Shown: positions 30,397-43,218 of the stretch, in pieces
Numbering within the stretch: position 1 is the stretch's first letter
Layout: every line of letters begins with the position of its first letter
DNA from: Lama glama
Taxonomy: Eukaryota
Direction: 5' to 3'
Assembly (NCBI GenBank): GCA_028534125.1
Contig: CM052816.1
Span: 10,170,001-10,234,000, forward strand
DNA: 64,000 nucleotides
The notes under the pieces: generated by a model
The model's database searches: none
What the model was told of the DNA's origin: nothing
The model's input: the letters and a program-made list of their open reading frames with translations, nothing else
Translations under genes and position numbers: made by a program

Positions 30397-30480
30397 GCTC
30401 AAGAGCAGCTCCAGGCAGAGGTGCTAAGATATAAAGCCAAAATTGAAGATCTGGAGGCGACTCTGGCTCAGAAAGGACAG
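30397..30480 (+). CDS. JAKMIP2: JAKMIP2 coding exon 10 (AQEQLQAEVLRYKAKIEDLEATLAQKGQ)
   Basis: cactag| acceptor, CAG|GTAGGC donor, 84 nt. Confidence 0.95.
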
Positions 30481-31163
30481 GTAGGCATTTGGTTGCTAGC
30501 CCATCTGCAGATGCGGGTGATTCAATATGACCTTCCCCTCGATCGCCCCGTGCATGGGCCCACCCAGGACACGGCTTGGCTCTCCGCAGTGACCTTTCTC
30601 AAACTGTGTCAGAATGTTCAACCCTCTGTTTCTGTCCCTGGTGTTTGGCTGGCCAGAGTGTGAACCCAGCTACAGCAGCCAATGAGGCTGGGCAAGAGAG
30701 AGACTGGCAGAGGAAGAGGAGCCTTGTACACATAGCCTAGAGTGGTCATGAGCTGCTGAGACAAAGACCCGCCCCTCAAGCTGCCTTCTTTGCCTCTCTG
30801 CTACATTTATGGTTCTGCATTTTAATGTTTTCCATCCATACGTATCTAGCCTGTGTGCATTCTGACCCTTTTCACTTTTTGCCTGTGTGGTCACTTCTGA
30901 GTCCCCAGAAGGCTGGTCCTGGATTATTCAGATGGGAAAAGACAGGGCTAGTGAGTGACAATGAAATGGGGGTTAAATTTTCCTGGCAACTTCGGCCCCA
31001 TTGTCTTGGAATAAGGAGCTGGCCGGGGTGGGTGTTGTTTCTCAGCCGTTGGCAGGCAAATAAACCGGGTGGAGAGAGGACAGTTCTGGCCAAGTGGTTT
31101 GAGGACACATGCTCTTTTGTGCCACTCTGAAATGCTGACTGCGCCATATTCTTTGTCAAACAG

Positions 31164-31226
31164 GATTCACACTGGGTAGAAGATAAACAACTTTTCATTA
31201 AGAGAAACCAGGAGCTTTTAGAAAAG
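31164..31226 (+). CDS. JAKMIP2: JAKMIP2 coding exon 11 (DSHWVEDKQLFIKRNQELLEK)
   Basis: aaacag| acceptor, AAG|GTATGT donor, 63 nt. Confidence 0.93.
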
Positions 31227-31680
31227 GTATGTGGGGGCACAACACCCTAGTGGGGCAGAGGAGAAAATGATGAGAGATCCAGGAGCAGCAGGGGTTCCTC
31301 TCAGGAGTGGCACAGGGGCTAGGGGACGGGAGGCTCTTCCAGCGCTGCGCTCCCCTCTGCCGCGTGCCCGCCTGCATCTCTGTCACCTCCATCACCATCA
31401 GTTATGTGGCACGTGGTGTGCATGGCTCTGCGCTGGGCGTTGTGCCGACTTGAAAGGATGTGATCCCTGAAACCTATCGATTTGTTACCCATATATATAT
31501 ACTGTATGTGTACTGTATATATATACATACACCCACACGTGCACACATCCTGTGTGGTCGTCCATCTACAAAAGCACTCTGTGAATAGGACTCGTAACTT
31601 TGTGAAAGGAAATGACTGCAAGGCCACGCTGCAACCGAGCACAGACTGTGCTCTCACTTAAATTTTTGCTGATCTTGTTT

Positions 31681-31683
<3 letters not shown>

Positions 31684-31724
<41 letters not shown>
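31684..31724. repeat. (TA)20 microsatellite
   Basis: Perfect TA run. Confidence 0.95.
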
Positions 31725-31730
<6 letters not shown>

Positions 31731-33797
31731 TTTAATGAAAGAACTTTTTATAAGATGCATCCAAAGCACAAAAAGAGCTTGTACGGGAAGTTGTTCAACA
31801 AATCAAGATGCAAAAGCATGGTTTCAGCCCAACAGATAGAATGAATTTGAGTTATCTCAGCACAGGCTTTTGATTTGGGGCAGTGAAATACAACAGATTA
31901 TTTTAAGTTCAGATATGGCTTTGCCTTTGGTCTGTACCATTCATGATGTGAAAAGATTACAAGATAATCTTACATTATTCTTGACAAAAACAGAATTTGA
32001 AAGCCCATTTGAATAAGGGAAATAATTCTGCAGGGCAATCCAGAATTATTGAGAAGTTAGTTTAGGACTGTTTCTACCAATATTCACTAGTTTTGACAAG
32101 TAATAAAAATTAAGCACAACACCCCGGTAAGCGTGGAAAGAGAAGGAAGCTTGTCCTCCGTCCCCTCTGGTCTGGCAGAGTTAGGACATCCTATCTCGCT
32201 CCCTGTATGATAGGAGACAGAGTTGATGTATAGAAGGTGGGTGGCAATTCCAAGATTGAAGACTGGTACTCTCAGAAGGGTTAAGGGTCCCCATGAAGAA
32301 ACTTGATGGACATTGGCCCTGGTCTAAGAATTCAACCACCTGTGAACCACTAATGCTGTTACTACTGCTAACCACCAGAACCAGGAATCTCCCCACATAT
32401 CCCACCTCTGGTCCCAATCCAAGATTCTAGGAAATAGAATCTCTTTTGTGATCTAAGTCAACTTCTAAAAACTTTTGAAAGTTTACTAGACCACAAAAAT
32501 CTAGTGTAAAGATCTTGAGAGTTTGCTATATTAATGAATGTCACGTAGTATCTAATTTTTCCCCATCTTTATTTTCCTATAATTTTTCTATATCAGGAAA
32601 CTATGAGGAAAAGGTTTTTAGTGGTCTCAGGGGTGCCCAGTAATAAGTGGTATTACATTTGTTTATCATCTAAAAAATTAACTCCCATTATGTCTTCTGT
32701 CTGATTTTCTTTGGGCTCAAAGGGGAATTTTTGAGCTCAGATTTCTAAGAGTAAAAGAAAACTGAATCACAATAAAGCTAAACATTCTCCTTCGACTGTG
32801 TATACTTGAGAAAGAAAGATTCATCCCATATTGAAAATCCCCTGGTTTTTTATTTCTAAATTCAAGATTTTAAGTAAGTTGCTGTGCAGAAGGCCCATGT
32901 CAGAGGCAGCCCCAAGCCCTTTGCAGGTCATGACAATTTTCTGATCCCTGGTAGACATGGACCCTGTCTACAGAAAGAGGCAGGTTTGTACATGACCAAC
33001 TTAATTTCATGCTTCATCAGTTTATACTAGACACCTTCCAGGAAAGCCCTAAGGGAAAACAAGGAAAGAGGTGTCACTTTGGAATGGGGAGACAGGGAAA
33101 GCCTCTTATGGTAGGAGACGTTAGAGCTTGGTGTACAAGGAAGTGTAGGATTTCCTCATGTAGGAAAGGAAATGGGGGCACCCTTCTCAGGCAGAGATGA
33201 GCTCCTGGAGTAATCGGACGGTCAGGGTTTCCAAATTCTAGTGTGTGTGCAATCACATGTGAGTGTGTGCATGTGTAGACATGACAGTGAAAACATTTAA
33301 ATCCAGGAAGCAGATTATTAAGGGTTTTGAACTCCATGTTGAGGAGTTTGGCGTATTCTGCAGGTAAAAGGAATTCAACAAAGTTTTGTGTAGGATCAGA
33401 GCTGCTTTTTAAAAAATTATTTCTCAGACAACTTGTAACTCCAAAAAGAAGAGGTGTCAGTCTCCATTATTCGCCCCATTAAATCTAGTTCTTGGACACT
33501 GTCCATGACCCCCAAGGGCGTGGTGAGTACACTCAGATTCAGGACTCACAGGGTCTCTGGACTTTATCTCAGTGAAAGGAGGTATCCTCCAGCATTTTCT
33601 TCTGTGACTCAAAAAACTCAACTGAAGGATAACTGGAAGGAAAGCCAAAGACTTGTTTTATTCACATCTACTTGGGATTTTTTTTTCATGGTCTAGATGA
33701 TTTATTCACTGAGTAAAAGAATGCGGTCCATGCTTGCTTTGCAAAGTTGTAGATGCTTTTCGCAATGTCCACCTAACCTGAGGATTTACTTTATTAG

Positions 33798-33896
33798 ATA
33801 GAAAAACAAGAGGCAGAAAACCACCGGCTACAACAGGAACTACAGGATGCCAGAGACCAGAATGAGCTGCTGGAGTTTCGAAACCTAGAGCTAGAA
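33798..33896 (+). CDS. JAKMIP2: JAKMIP2 coding exon 12 (IEKQEAENHRLQQELQDARDQNELLEFRNLELE)
   Basis: ttattag| acceptor, GAA|GTAAGG donor, 99 nt. Confidence 0.95.
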
Positions 33897-35106
33897 GTAA
33901 GGAAATGATGATAATTCTGATAATAAAAATAATCATAACAATTAACACGCACTGAGCCTGACCTACGTGTGAGGTGCTGAATTAAGCCTTTCGGATGCAT
34001 ATTCTCATCGGACCTCACAGCCACAACCAAGATTTTCTAAATGAGGCAACTGAGGTTAAATAATTTGCCCTGGTCCTATGACTAGTAAGTGGTGAGACTT
34101 TAATGCAACTCAGAATTGTCTGCTCATGCCCAGATACCATACTTTTCAACACTGTTGCCTTCATGCACAAGACTAATGAATCGTTTTTAAATAATGTAAA
34201 TAGTAGCTTTCAAACTTCATCAATACTTCATTGCTTTTAAATGATCCTTTTCATCCTTCGCTGAATTCTGACTCAGAAGAATATTACTCCAAGAATCGTA
34301 TTTCAAAATGTACTCTATACAAAAATATTTTATTGTTAGACCCTTGAATTTGTAAGCAGACTTTTTATTCTGTAATGCATTTATGCAAAAAGCTAAGAAG
34401 CAAGGTAATATGTTTTAGGAACTACTTTGGCTAATCTGAATAAGTTTCCATCCCTTTTTAAAGTTAATGTCAGTCAAATCAGATTTTGATTATATCACGC
34501 AGAAGCTGGCTTAGGGTCTGGTTGAACATATGCTGATATGCAGAGGATAAGAAGATTTATCATTTGATTTCTCTGTTATTTTGCCAGCAATTTCTTCTTG
34601 AGGTTAATTCACATTAGATTCGGATAGAGTTAGCAGTTGGTATGCTTCACTAAAGAAGAGTTAAGTCATCCTTGGTAGCCCACATATCTTACTTATAAAA
34701 TTTGAGTGGATTGAATATGCAGGAGGCCTTGAGCTGCCATAAAACTTCATGGTCGGAAGAACATTCTTTGTGACACCTGAAAGCTCTAAATATTCATATA
34801 ACTTAAAATGGAACTCCACTTTCTGCATTTCCCTGATCCAAAAATTTGCAAGACTGGATGACACCATCCATAAATTCTTCTCCTGCACCTCTTATTTGAC
34901 TAATCAGTTCTTTTCCATTAAATTCAAGCATGAACATCCTGTGGGGTTTTTTTGGGGGGGGTTTGGGTTTTTCGGGGTTTTTTTTGCCAAATGGCATATT
35001 GATAAAGTGCTGAAATAGCATAGAGAGAACACTGACAACTGGTTTAGTGATTAATCAGTTGTTGCTTTTTTTTTTAATTCCCGTATATTCTTCACTGTAT
35101 TTCAAG

Positions 35107-35205
35107 GAAAGAGAGAGGCGATCCCCTCCATTTAATCTGCAGATTCACCCATTCTCAGATGGTGTGAGTGCTCTCCAGATCTACTGTATGAAAGAAGGTG
35201 TCAAG
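35107..35205 (+). CDS. JAKMIP2: JAKMIP2 coding exon 13 (ERERRSPPFNLQIHPFSDGVSALQIYCMKEGVK)
   Basis: tttcaag| acceptor, AAG|GTAGGC donor, 99 nt. Confidence 0.95.
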
Positions 35206-36912
35206 GTAGGCAGACGTTTCCTCATGTATGTTGTAGAAAGTAGAAAAACTGGGAATTGGAAAAGGGGAGGTTGCTTGTGGCTGTTTTGTCTTCCTGCCAC
35301 TGGGTGTCATTTTGATACAAACTATGTAGGCACTGAAAATTGTGACATGGCGATTTCGCTAGAACGCAAACAAAATGCGTAGCAGATGTATGAATGGTCT
35401 CAGCAGAAAAACACAGGAAGCCATGATTGTTTAGAACAGAGTAACATAAAGAGTGATACAGAATCAAAATATTTATGAAGATGGTTACCCTCAGTTCTCT
35501 AGAGGAAATAGTAAGTAAGTGCAGTACTTCAAGAAACATAGTACGAGGATGCCAGATAAAAAAAGTATGTGTTGAGTCCCTTTGTTGTGCTGTTCTCAGT
35601 GCTGCAGAACTCAGTCTTGGAATTTCAGTATTAGAAGAAACCTTGAAATCATCTCGCCCACCATCTCTTTTGATATGGGTGATTAGGGAGGATTTCTCTT
35701 TTGGAAGGTCTTGGGGTGTAGAACATATGGCTCACTTGGACAGAACAGAATTTTATCTTTAGCGATACTGGAATACATTGGAAATATAAAGGTCAAATGG
35801 AGGTGGCTCTGTCTCCCAGAAAGTATATTGTCCTTCAATATAGTGAAATCACATAGTGACTGTCTCTCCCAGAGGTAAAGCTAGGGAGCCCCCTCCCTTC
35901 CTGGTCCCCCCTTTACCTTCTGCATGGCCTTCCTGCTCCCACTCTGAGCTGCCAAGTACACCTGCTTTAGTTGCCTCCTCTCTACCTGTGAGGTTGAGCT
36001 GGACTTTTGTGTTCCTGGCAGTGGGGATTTGCTATAATGCTATCTGAACATGAGTAAGAGGAGAAAGTGATGCTAACGAGGTAAAAAATGGGGGGAGGGA
36101 AATTTGGTAGAAAATTGTGCTTTCTTGTCTTCCATCTTAGACCACTTCCATGGTGTTTAACCTTCTGGCCTTTCTGGCCTGCATGAAAATTTGTAAACTG
36201 AAGCAATTATTTGATTCAACTCTAATTGAATGAAAAGCACTTTGTCTTTTCCTTAGGTTTTTTTTTTTTTTAGGTAAATCACAAACAACTTATGCCAATG
36301 CATGTAATTTATATCCAAGGGAACTCTTTTAAATGGAGTGCTGCTTTAAACTGACTCAAGGAATGTAGTAAAAATCAGCTGTTTTCCATAGGATGAAATC
36401 AGTGCTTGACACCTAAAAAATGGAGCCGCACTGTGTCTTTCTATGTGGCAGTTAAAATCTCAACCAGATCAGAATTCCATTAATTAGAATGAAATTGGTT
36501 GGTTATTTATATTTATTATTTGTTACTTTTTTTATACCTCAAATTTATAAAAATTGAAACAACTTTTTGACAATTATAAGAAGAAAAGTTAATGAATAAA
36601 TTCCAAATCCTTACAGCATCCTAGACTCTTTCGTATACAATGTCTTTATCCTCAAGATCAGCCCATGAAGGAGGTATTTATTGTCTCCATTTTGCAATTG
36701 GTGAAATTGAAAATATACCATTAAGTAGTTTTCCCAGGTTCACACAGCTTATAAAAAGCAGACTGTAAACATAAAACCAGCTGTTCCTAAATGAAAACAA
36801 CCCAAGGAAGTCGAGGTCTTAAAATGTCCCATCTAACTTAAGGCTCAGGCACTGATAGAATGGTAAGTCCCATTTGTGTCTTTGACTTGAATGTATGTCC
36901 TTGATTTTCCAG

Positions 36913-36966
36913 GATGTGAACATCCCTGATCTCATAAAGCAGCTAGATATCTTGGGTGATAATGGG
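36913..36966 (+). CDS. JAKMIP2: JAKMIP2 coding exon 14 (DVNIPDLIKQLDILGDNG)
   Basis: ttttccag| acceptor, GGG|GTAAGT donor, 54 nt. Confidence 0.94.
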
Positions 36967-37810
36967 GTAAGTAATGAATTAAGTGTGGTAAAGATAGGAA
37001 TTTGCCTAAAGAGAAGCAAGAAATACTTGCCAATGTATTGTGTGTAAAATACCATCTTCACTTAAGCATGTGACTTCCTGAAGAAGATCAACGATTTATC
37101 AAACCAGTCGGCTGAGGGATCGTAAGGCTCTCTGGAAGGTAGTGGCAGAAGTGGGAACTGTTTTGGTGCTATTCCTGGGCAGGTTTCAGGTTTGAATGCC
37201 GACCACATCTGCGGTGATTAAAGCTAATTACCTTTCTGACTGTTGCTGGGAACCATCCGTGCAGTTGCAAATACTGCAAAAGAGTAGGGTTGATGGCAGC
37301 CCCATAAAAATGGACTAGGAAACTGTCATCCCTTTTCTTTCTAAAAACACCCTCCAGGCAGGGTCAAGGCATATCAATTCAGGGGGAGGACCATTCATTG
37401 CAATCCTAGATGAATGATGCATGTAGGCTGAAAGAGTCATGCAATTTTTTCCCTTGAAAAATTATCAAAGGAGAGAACAGAGTCAATTAGATCACATCAA
37501 ACTGCTGTGAAGAGATTACTCTATTTCATTTTGGTTTCTGCTTTTCTTATGACACTTAATGAAGTATGCTGACAGTGAAACAGATCAAGTCAGTACTAGA
37601 GAGATTTAAAAAAAATCACATTTAATGTACTTTTTACAGGTTTTGAATGAACTCTTTAAGAATTATTACTAAATAGAATAGACCATTTGTGATGTTCCTG
37701 CATACATGGCAGGCAAGTTAGGCAGTATTTTCTGTTAGTATAAATATTAAAAAATGTATCAAAAAGTGTCTTCAGCTTATTTTCTTTCTTTCTTTCCCCC
37801 CCCCCCCCAG

Positions 37811-37876
37811 AATTTAAGAAATGAAGAACAAGTGGCTATAATTCAGGCCAGCACTGTGCTGTCCCTGGCAGAGAAG
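37811..37876 (+). CDS. JAKMIP2: JAKMIP2 coding exon 15 (NLRNEEQVAIIQASTVLSLAEK)
   Basis: C13-ag| acceptor, AAG|GTAATA donor, 66 nt. Confidence 0.94.
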
Positions 37877-39679
37877 GTAATAAATTGTACTAACATTCAG
37901 ATCATCATCTCAGTGTCTGGCTTAACACCTAAAGTAGCAGGGTCAGGCTGAAGGACATTGTCTTTGCATGTGACTTTGCATTACTGAATACCTAGTAAAT
38001 ATTTCATTCCTCAGAGTGATAGAATCCAGATAGAATGAGAGCACGCAAAAAAAGTCTACACACTGCTTTAGGGTGGGTGCATAATACTTGCTTTAAAGTC
38101 TCTTAAAAATATAATTCTCAAATAGTGGAAACCCTGGATTACATTATTTAAGCTCTTCTTACCCAGCTGGGACACCGATAAAGAAGTTTTGTTGACAGTT
38201 GCTAGCCTGGAGCTTGGCTCTCTTTATGAGCTTTTCCTTGGGCGCGTACCTACCAGTTGTTCCCATCTGATTCTGTTAGTTTGGTGGCTCCCTGTAGCCT
38301 CATTCAGAAAGCCCAACCTGGAGACGGGAAGAGCAACAGTGAGGGTGCACTCGCCCCCTTGTGTCTAAGCCTAGTAAATGCAAAACAGAAAAGGAGAGAG
38401 CCAAGTCAAGAAGCCTGGTACCTGGCTGTAGTCAGGAAGCCTTGAGAATCGGCACGTAATTGACAGTCCTGTGAACATGGCTGCATAAAATGAGAACTGT
38501 AGTATAAATTCCTTGAGATGCTTTCTAGTTCCTAAATGTATAAACAGCTTGTTATAAATTAAATGAAACCATGAGCAAGGATTCACCTTGCTCCGATCTA
38601 AAATTCTACAGGTCAGATGACCCAGTTAAGTTACTCAAGCAAAACAATGACATAAAGAAAAAATGGCAGAGGGAGAAGGAAGGATTGCTACAAAGTAAAA
38701 AGATACTTAAGAAATAGTGAACGATCCATTTTTTTGCATCCCGATTCAAGTAAACCAAGTATTTTTTTTAAAAAAAGGATTTTGCTGACAACTGGGGAAA
38801 TTTTAATACGGGCCAAGGATCAGATGGCAAAAAGAACTGATGTTAATTTTACGGATTCACGGGATAAACATTTCTACCTCCAAGTAATTCTAAATATCAT
38901 CCTTGAACTTCCCTAGACCATGATTTTGAATAGCACTCTACCATCTGGAGGGGTGATCTTTAGCCAGAGGTTGAGCCTAGACAAATTTTCAACAAGCACA
39001 TCCCATTGTGACTTTGTATTAAAAGTAATAAGAGCAGTAGCCTATGTGAGAGCACGTTATAGGCCAGGCACTGCGCTAAATGCTGCCTGTGCATCGTCTC
39101 GTTTTTCCTCACAACCGTCCTGTGTTCATCCACTGTTTTAATTTCATCCGCGAGGAAGCCGAGGCGTGGGCTGTTCGTTTCTTGTCCTACATCATACATA
39201 TGGTAAGGCTCAGAAGCCCGCTTATGCACCTGTATCTTCAGCCCATGACCGAACTACTTCAATGTCTAGTATTCCTGGAAACATGATGTACAAGAGAATT
39301 TGTTTCTCTGTGATAACCAGGCAGCAGGAGAGAGGAAGAATTTTAATAAAGCTGGATGGTACACAATTGCAATACAAGGCTATTTACAAGAAACCCATGA
39401 CTTTCCACTGAAATTTGTCTCATGGGGGGAGCCGGGTGTACGTACAAGAGCTGAGAGATTAGCACCTCTCCAGTCTCCCCCTGCCTTTCTTTCCCCATGT
39501 TCCTTACAGCCAAGGGGCTGCTGGATGTGGTGGCACCTTGTGAATATCAAGGCTTTAGTATGTAGAAGAATGCTCAGTGCACCACATAATTTATTCCAGA
39601 TAAACGAAAAAGAAAGAGCTGATAGTGAGGCAAGTTTCTAACAGTGTAGAAATACAAAAATAAATCTCAACCAAAAACT

Positions 39680-39900
39680 AGAGTGTATCGGGTACCTAGT
39701 ACGTGCGATAACGTTGTCAGTAGTGCCTTAGGTTAATCACATCCTTTAATCTTCCTATTATGATCGGTCCCATTTTTCAGATGAGAAAGTTGAGGCTTAG
39801 CGAAACTAGGTAACCTTTCAAGGCCACACAGCCGTGAAAAGCTAGGATGGAGATTAGACCAAAGGTAGGTTGGCTTCCAGAAACTACACACTTAATTATT
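39680..39900 (-). mobile_element. MIR SINE
   Basis: cccatttttcagatgagaaagttgaggcttag...aaggccacacagc. Confidence 0.65.
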
Positions 39901-40660
39901 ATGCTCAGTTGACTCCCTAAGGGACAAGCTGATGTTTAACTTGGTAGACACTTATTATAACATTTTGTTCCATTTAACCATATATGTGGGTAGGCTCACA
40001 CCGTATGATTCAGTCTAAATTCATCCAGAGGGTGTTGATCATTGCTGATATCAATGCCAACTAACGGAATGACACATTCTAAATGTTAGGAGAGATAAGT
40101 TCTTTATCTGTGATTTAAAATGTCTTTACTCAGCAAAAATGATTCCTCAACATTTATCTATAATCAGTTTCACATAGTGAAAAATTGCCATTTCTCCATT
40201 CTCACCTGGTCCTCTTTTTTTCGTTATGCTCCCTCTGATCACGGAGAATTAGATATACCTTCTGCTTGGAACTTGCCTCTCACTTTTGCGTAATCATCCC
40301 TGATCCGTTCTTTACACTCAGTGCAATTGTCATTTCCAAGAAAGTCTCCCATGATGTCCTCCAATAGGATCAAAAAACATGTTAGTCCTATTCGCCATCA
40401 CAGCCCTAGGACCTGGCACATTGCCGACATGGTAGACATCAATGAAGACGTTTGTTGAATGAATGAATGAATGAATGAGTGAATTATTGGAAAATTATAG
40501 TCTTGTTTCTGAACTAAGAGAAAAATGCACCACATTTTCACTTCAGTTCTTGGTGTGCTTCCTGAGATTTAAGGGGTGGAGACTAAGCCCCTCAGTAGAC
40601 AGCACCATAAACACCACATCCTGCGATCATGTCAAACATGAGTGTCTTTTTGCCCCGTAG

Positions 40661-40729
40661 TGGATCCAGCAAATCGAAGGAGCGGAGGCTGCCCTGCACC
40701 AGAAAATGATGGAACTGGAAAGTGACATG
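40661..40729 (+). CDS. JAKMIP2: JAKMIP2 coding exon 16 (WIQQIEGAEAALHQKMMELESDM)
   Basis: gccccgtag| acceptor, ATG|GTGAGT donor, 69 nt. Confidence 0.94.
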
Positions 40730-41067
40730 GTGAGTAAAGATGAGATATCAGAAAGATGAAGAAAAGGTGACAAGGTAAATGGAAAAAGACTGTTTTCTAG
40801 CAATTTATCTGGCATGGATGAAAGTTTGTAGCCTTGCCATTATTTTGTGAACAGACTGTGGAACAAAATTCTCAGAAGTATCCAACGGTTTTTAGTTATA
40901 GTCTCCAAAAATATCATGCTGTATTTTTGTAACATTTCTGAAGCTGATGCTGAAGAAAATCCAGTTAGGTGTTTTTTTTCTTAGGCTCAATAATTTTTCC
41001 ATAATATAACTATGGTAAAATATTACAGAAATGGTGGGTATAACTTTGATATTGAAGATCCCCAAGC

Positions 41068-41795
41068 CACCTCACTCCCCTTAGGATGACTACTATCCAA
41101 AAAAAAAAAAAAAGGAAAAAAAAGTAAGAGCATAGCAAACAATGATGAGGTGGAGAAATTGGAACCCTGTACACTGTTGGTGGGAATGTAAAATGATGCA
41201 GCCACTGTGGGAAACAGTATGGTCGATGGTGGCCCAAAAAGTTCAAAATAAAATTACCATATGATACAGCAGTACCACTTCTGGATGTATCCCCAAAATA
41301 ATTGAAAGTGAGCTCTTGAAGGGATATTTGTACACCCATGTTCAGAGCAGCATTGTTCACTGTAGCTTAAACCTGTCTATCAGTGAAGTGGATGCATGAA
41401 TAAGCAAAAGGTGGTGTACACATATGATGGAATATTATTCAGCCTTGAAAGAGGAAGGAAATTCTGACAGATGCCACACATGGGTGGACCTTGAGGACAT
41501 TAGGCTAAGTGAAATAAACCAGGCACAAAAAGACAAATGCTGAGTGATTCCGTTTATATATGATACCTAGAATAGTCAAACTCACAGAAACTGAGAGCAA
41601 AATGATGGCTGTCAGGAGCTATGAGGAGGAGAAACGGGGACTTGTTTAATAGATAGAGAGCTTCAGTTTTGCAAGATGGATGGAGTTCTGGAGATGGGTC
41701 ACATAACAATGTGTATGTGCTTAACATTACTGAACTGTGCACTTAAAAGTGGTTACAATTATAAATTTTATACTGCGTGTATTTTGCCACAATTA
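41068..41795 (+). mobile_element. L1 (L1MB-like) 3' fragment
   Basis: ggagaaattggaaccctgtacactgttggtgggaatgtaaaatg, aattaccatatgat, ggaatattattcagcc, actgaactgtgcacttaaaa. Confidence 0.88.
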
Positions 41796-42214
41796 ACTTT
41801 CTTTAAATCCCCAAGCCTGGGAAGTGGTCATTACTAACTTACAGCAATACACAGAATTTTATAACAGTACTGTCATTGGTGTTATCATTATTACTAAAAA
41901 TCAGGTAGTGACTCCTATCAGGTCAGGGAACCCTATAGTAAAAACAACAACTTGCATTTATTGTAGCATGTCACAGCTGATAAATCATTTGCTTATATTT
42001 TTACACGGGGCTTACATTTTACCAACAGGTTAAGCTCTAAAGTCAAAACATAACAGGAACTGTTTATATTCAAATTACCCTTGAAAACTCTTTAAATGCA
42101 TAAATATTAATTAAGCAATCAGCCTGTCCTAGGCACTGGAGCTCAGACGTTATCAGGAAAGTCACTAGCAAAATTGCAAATAGACATATCCTCTCTCAAA
42201 AGTCATTGTTTAAT

Positions 42215-42402
42215 GCATATAAAATAAAAAAAACCAACAAGGACCTACTATATATAGCACAGGGAACTATATTCAATGTCTTGTAATAACTTACAATGGA
42301 AAAGAATTTGAAAAAGAGAATATTATATATATAACTGAATCACTTTGCTGTACAGCTGAAACACTGTAAATCAACTCTTTCAATAAAAAATAAAAATAAA
42401 AA
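42215..42402 (+). mobile_element. Artiodactyl-type L1 3' end with A-rich tail
   Basis: caacaaggacctactatatatagcacagggaactatattcaat...aactgaatcactttgctgtac...tgtaaatcaact; poly-A. Confidence 0.8.
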
Positions 42403-43140
42403 TAATTTTAATTGATGCCATCAAGTTTTCCTTCAGTGTTGGACAAGGACCTTGTTCCTTCAGTTAAGCATACAAAGAAATAATTGACTTGTGCTTGGGG
42501 CTATGTTCTATACGAAGATATATTTTTCAATGCTAATGGCAAGATGCTTGCAGTGGGAGGAGCCCACAGAAACTGAGGACAAGTAAGGGAACGTAAGACT
42601 GACATCTCCCAGCTCACCCCGGCTTTGCAGCAAGAGCAGACACTCATTAAGGCACATCGTGGGTGGAGTCGCCCCCACTCTCTAAATCGTTACCTATCCT
42701 TTGTGTTTGCTAATGATACCCAGATGAATTGGAGTAAGTTAAGTTTTTTATCATACAGCTCTGCTTTATTACATTTCACAACATCCTTACAAAAATTACT
42801 GTCAATATATTTACACAATTATACTTCATAGTTAGCATCCATAGCATTTATCTTGTCAAAATCTATCTTTAATGACATACTCTTTTTTTCCCTTAATGCC
42901 ATACTCTTAAATTGGTATAAAAAATTCGTGTGGATTGTTTATTTTATCTCTTATGCTTCTTTCCACTGATTTTTATTTTCCTTATGTGAAACTATAAAAG
43001 TTGAACTCTTTCCCTTTAAAAGACAATTTTTTGTGATTTGTCTTATAGTAGAATTAGAGAAAACATTAATCCATACAATTTATATATCACTTTCTAATTA
43101 AGTAAGCTGACTCTCTTTATTAATATGGCCCTTTTTCTAG

Positions 43141-43218
43141 GAACAATTCTGCAAAATCAAAGGCTATCTGGAGGAAGAGCTAGACTACAGAAAACAAGCT
43201 CTCGACCAAGCATACATG
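43141..43218 (+). CDS. JAKMIP2: JAKMIP2 coding exon 17 (EQFCKIKGYLEEELDYRKQALDQAYM)
   Basis: tttttctag| acceptor, ATG|GTAGGT donor, 78 nt. Confidence 0.95.

Noticed and set aside
41010..41360. 116-aa minus-strand ORF and similar ORFs in L1 fragments
   Set aside because: Antisense translations of decayed L1 sequence; no intact ORF1 or ORF2
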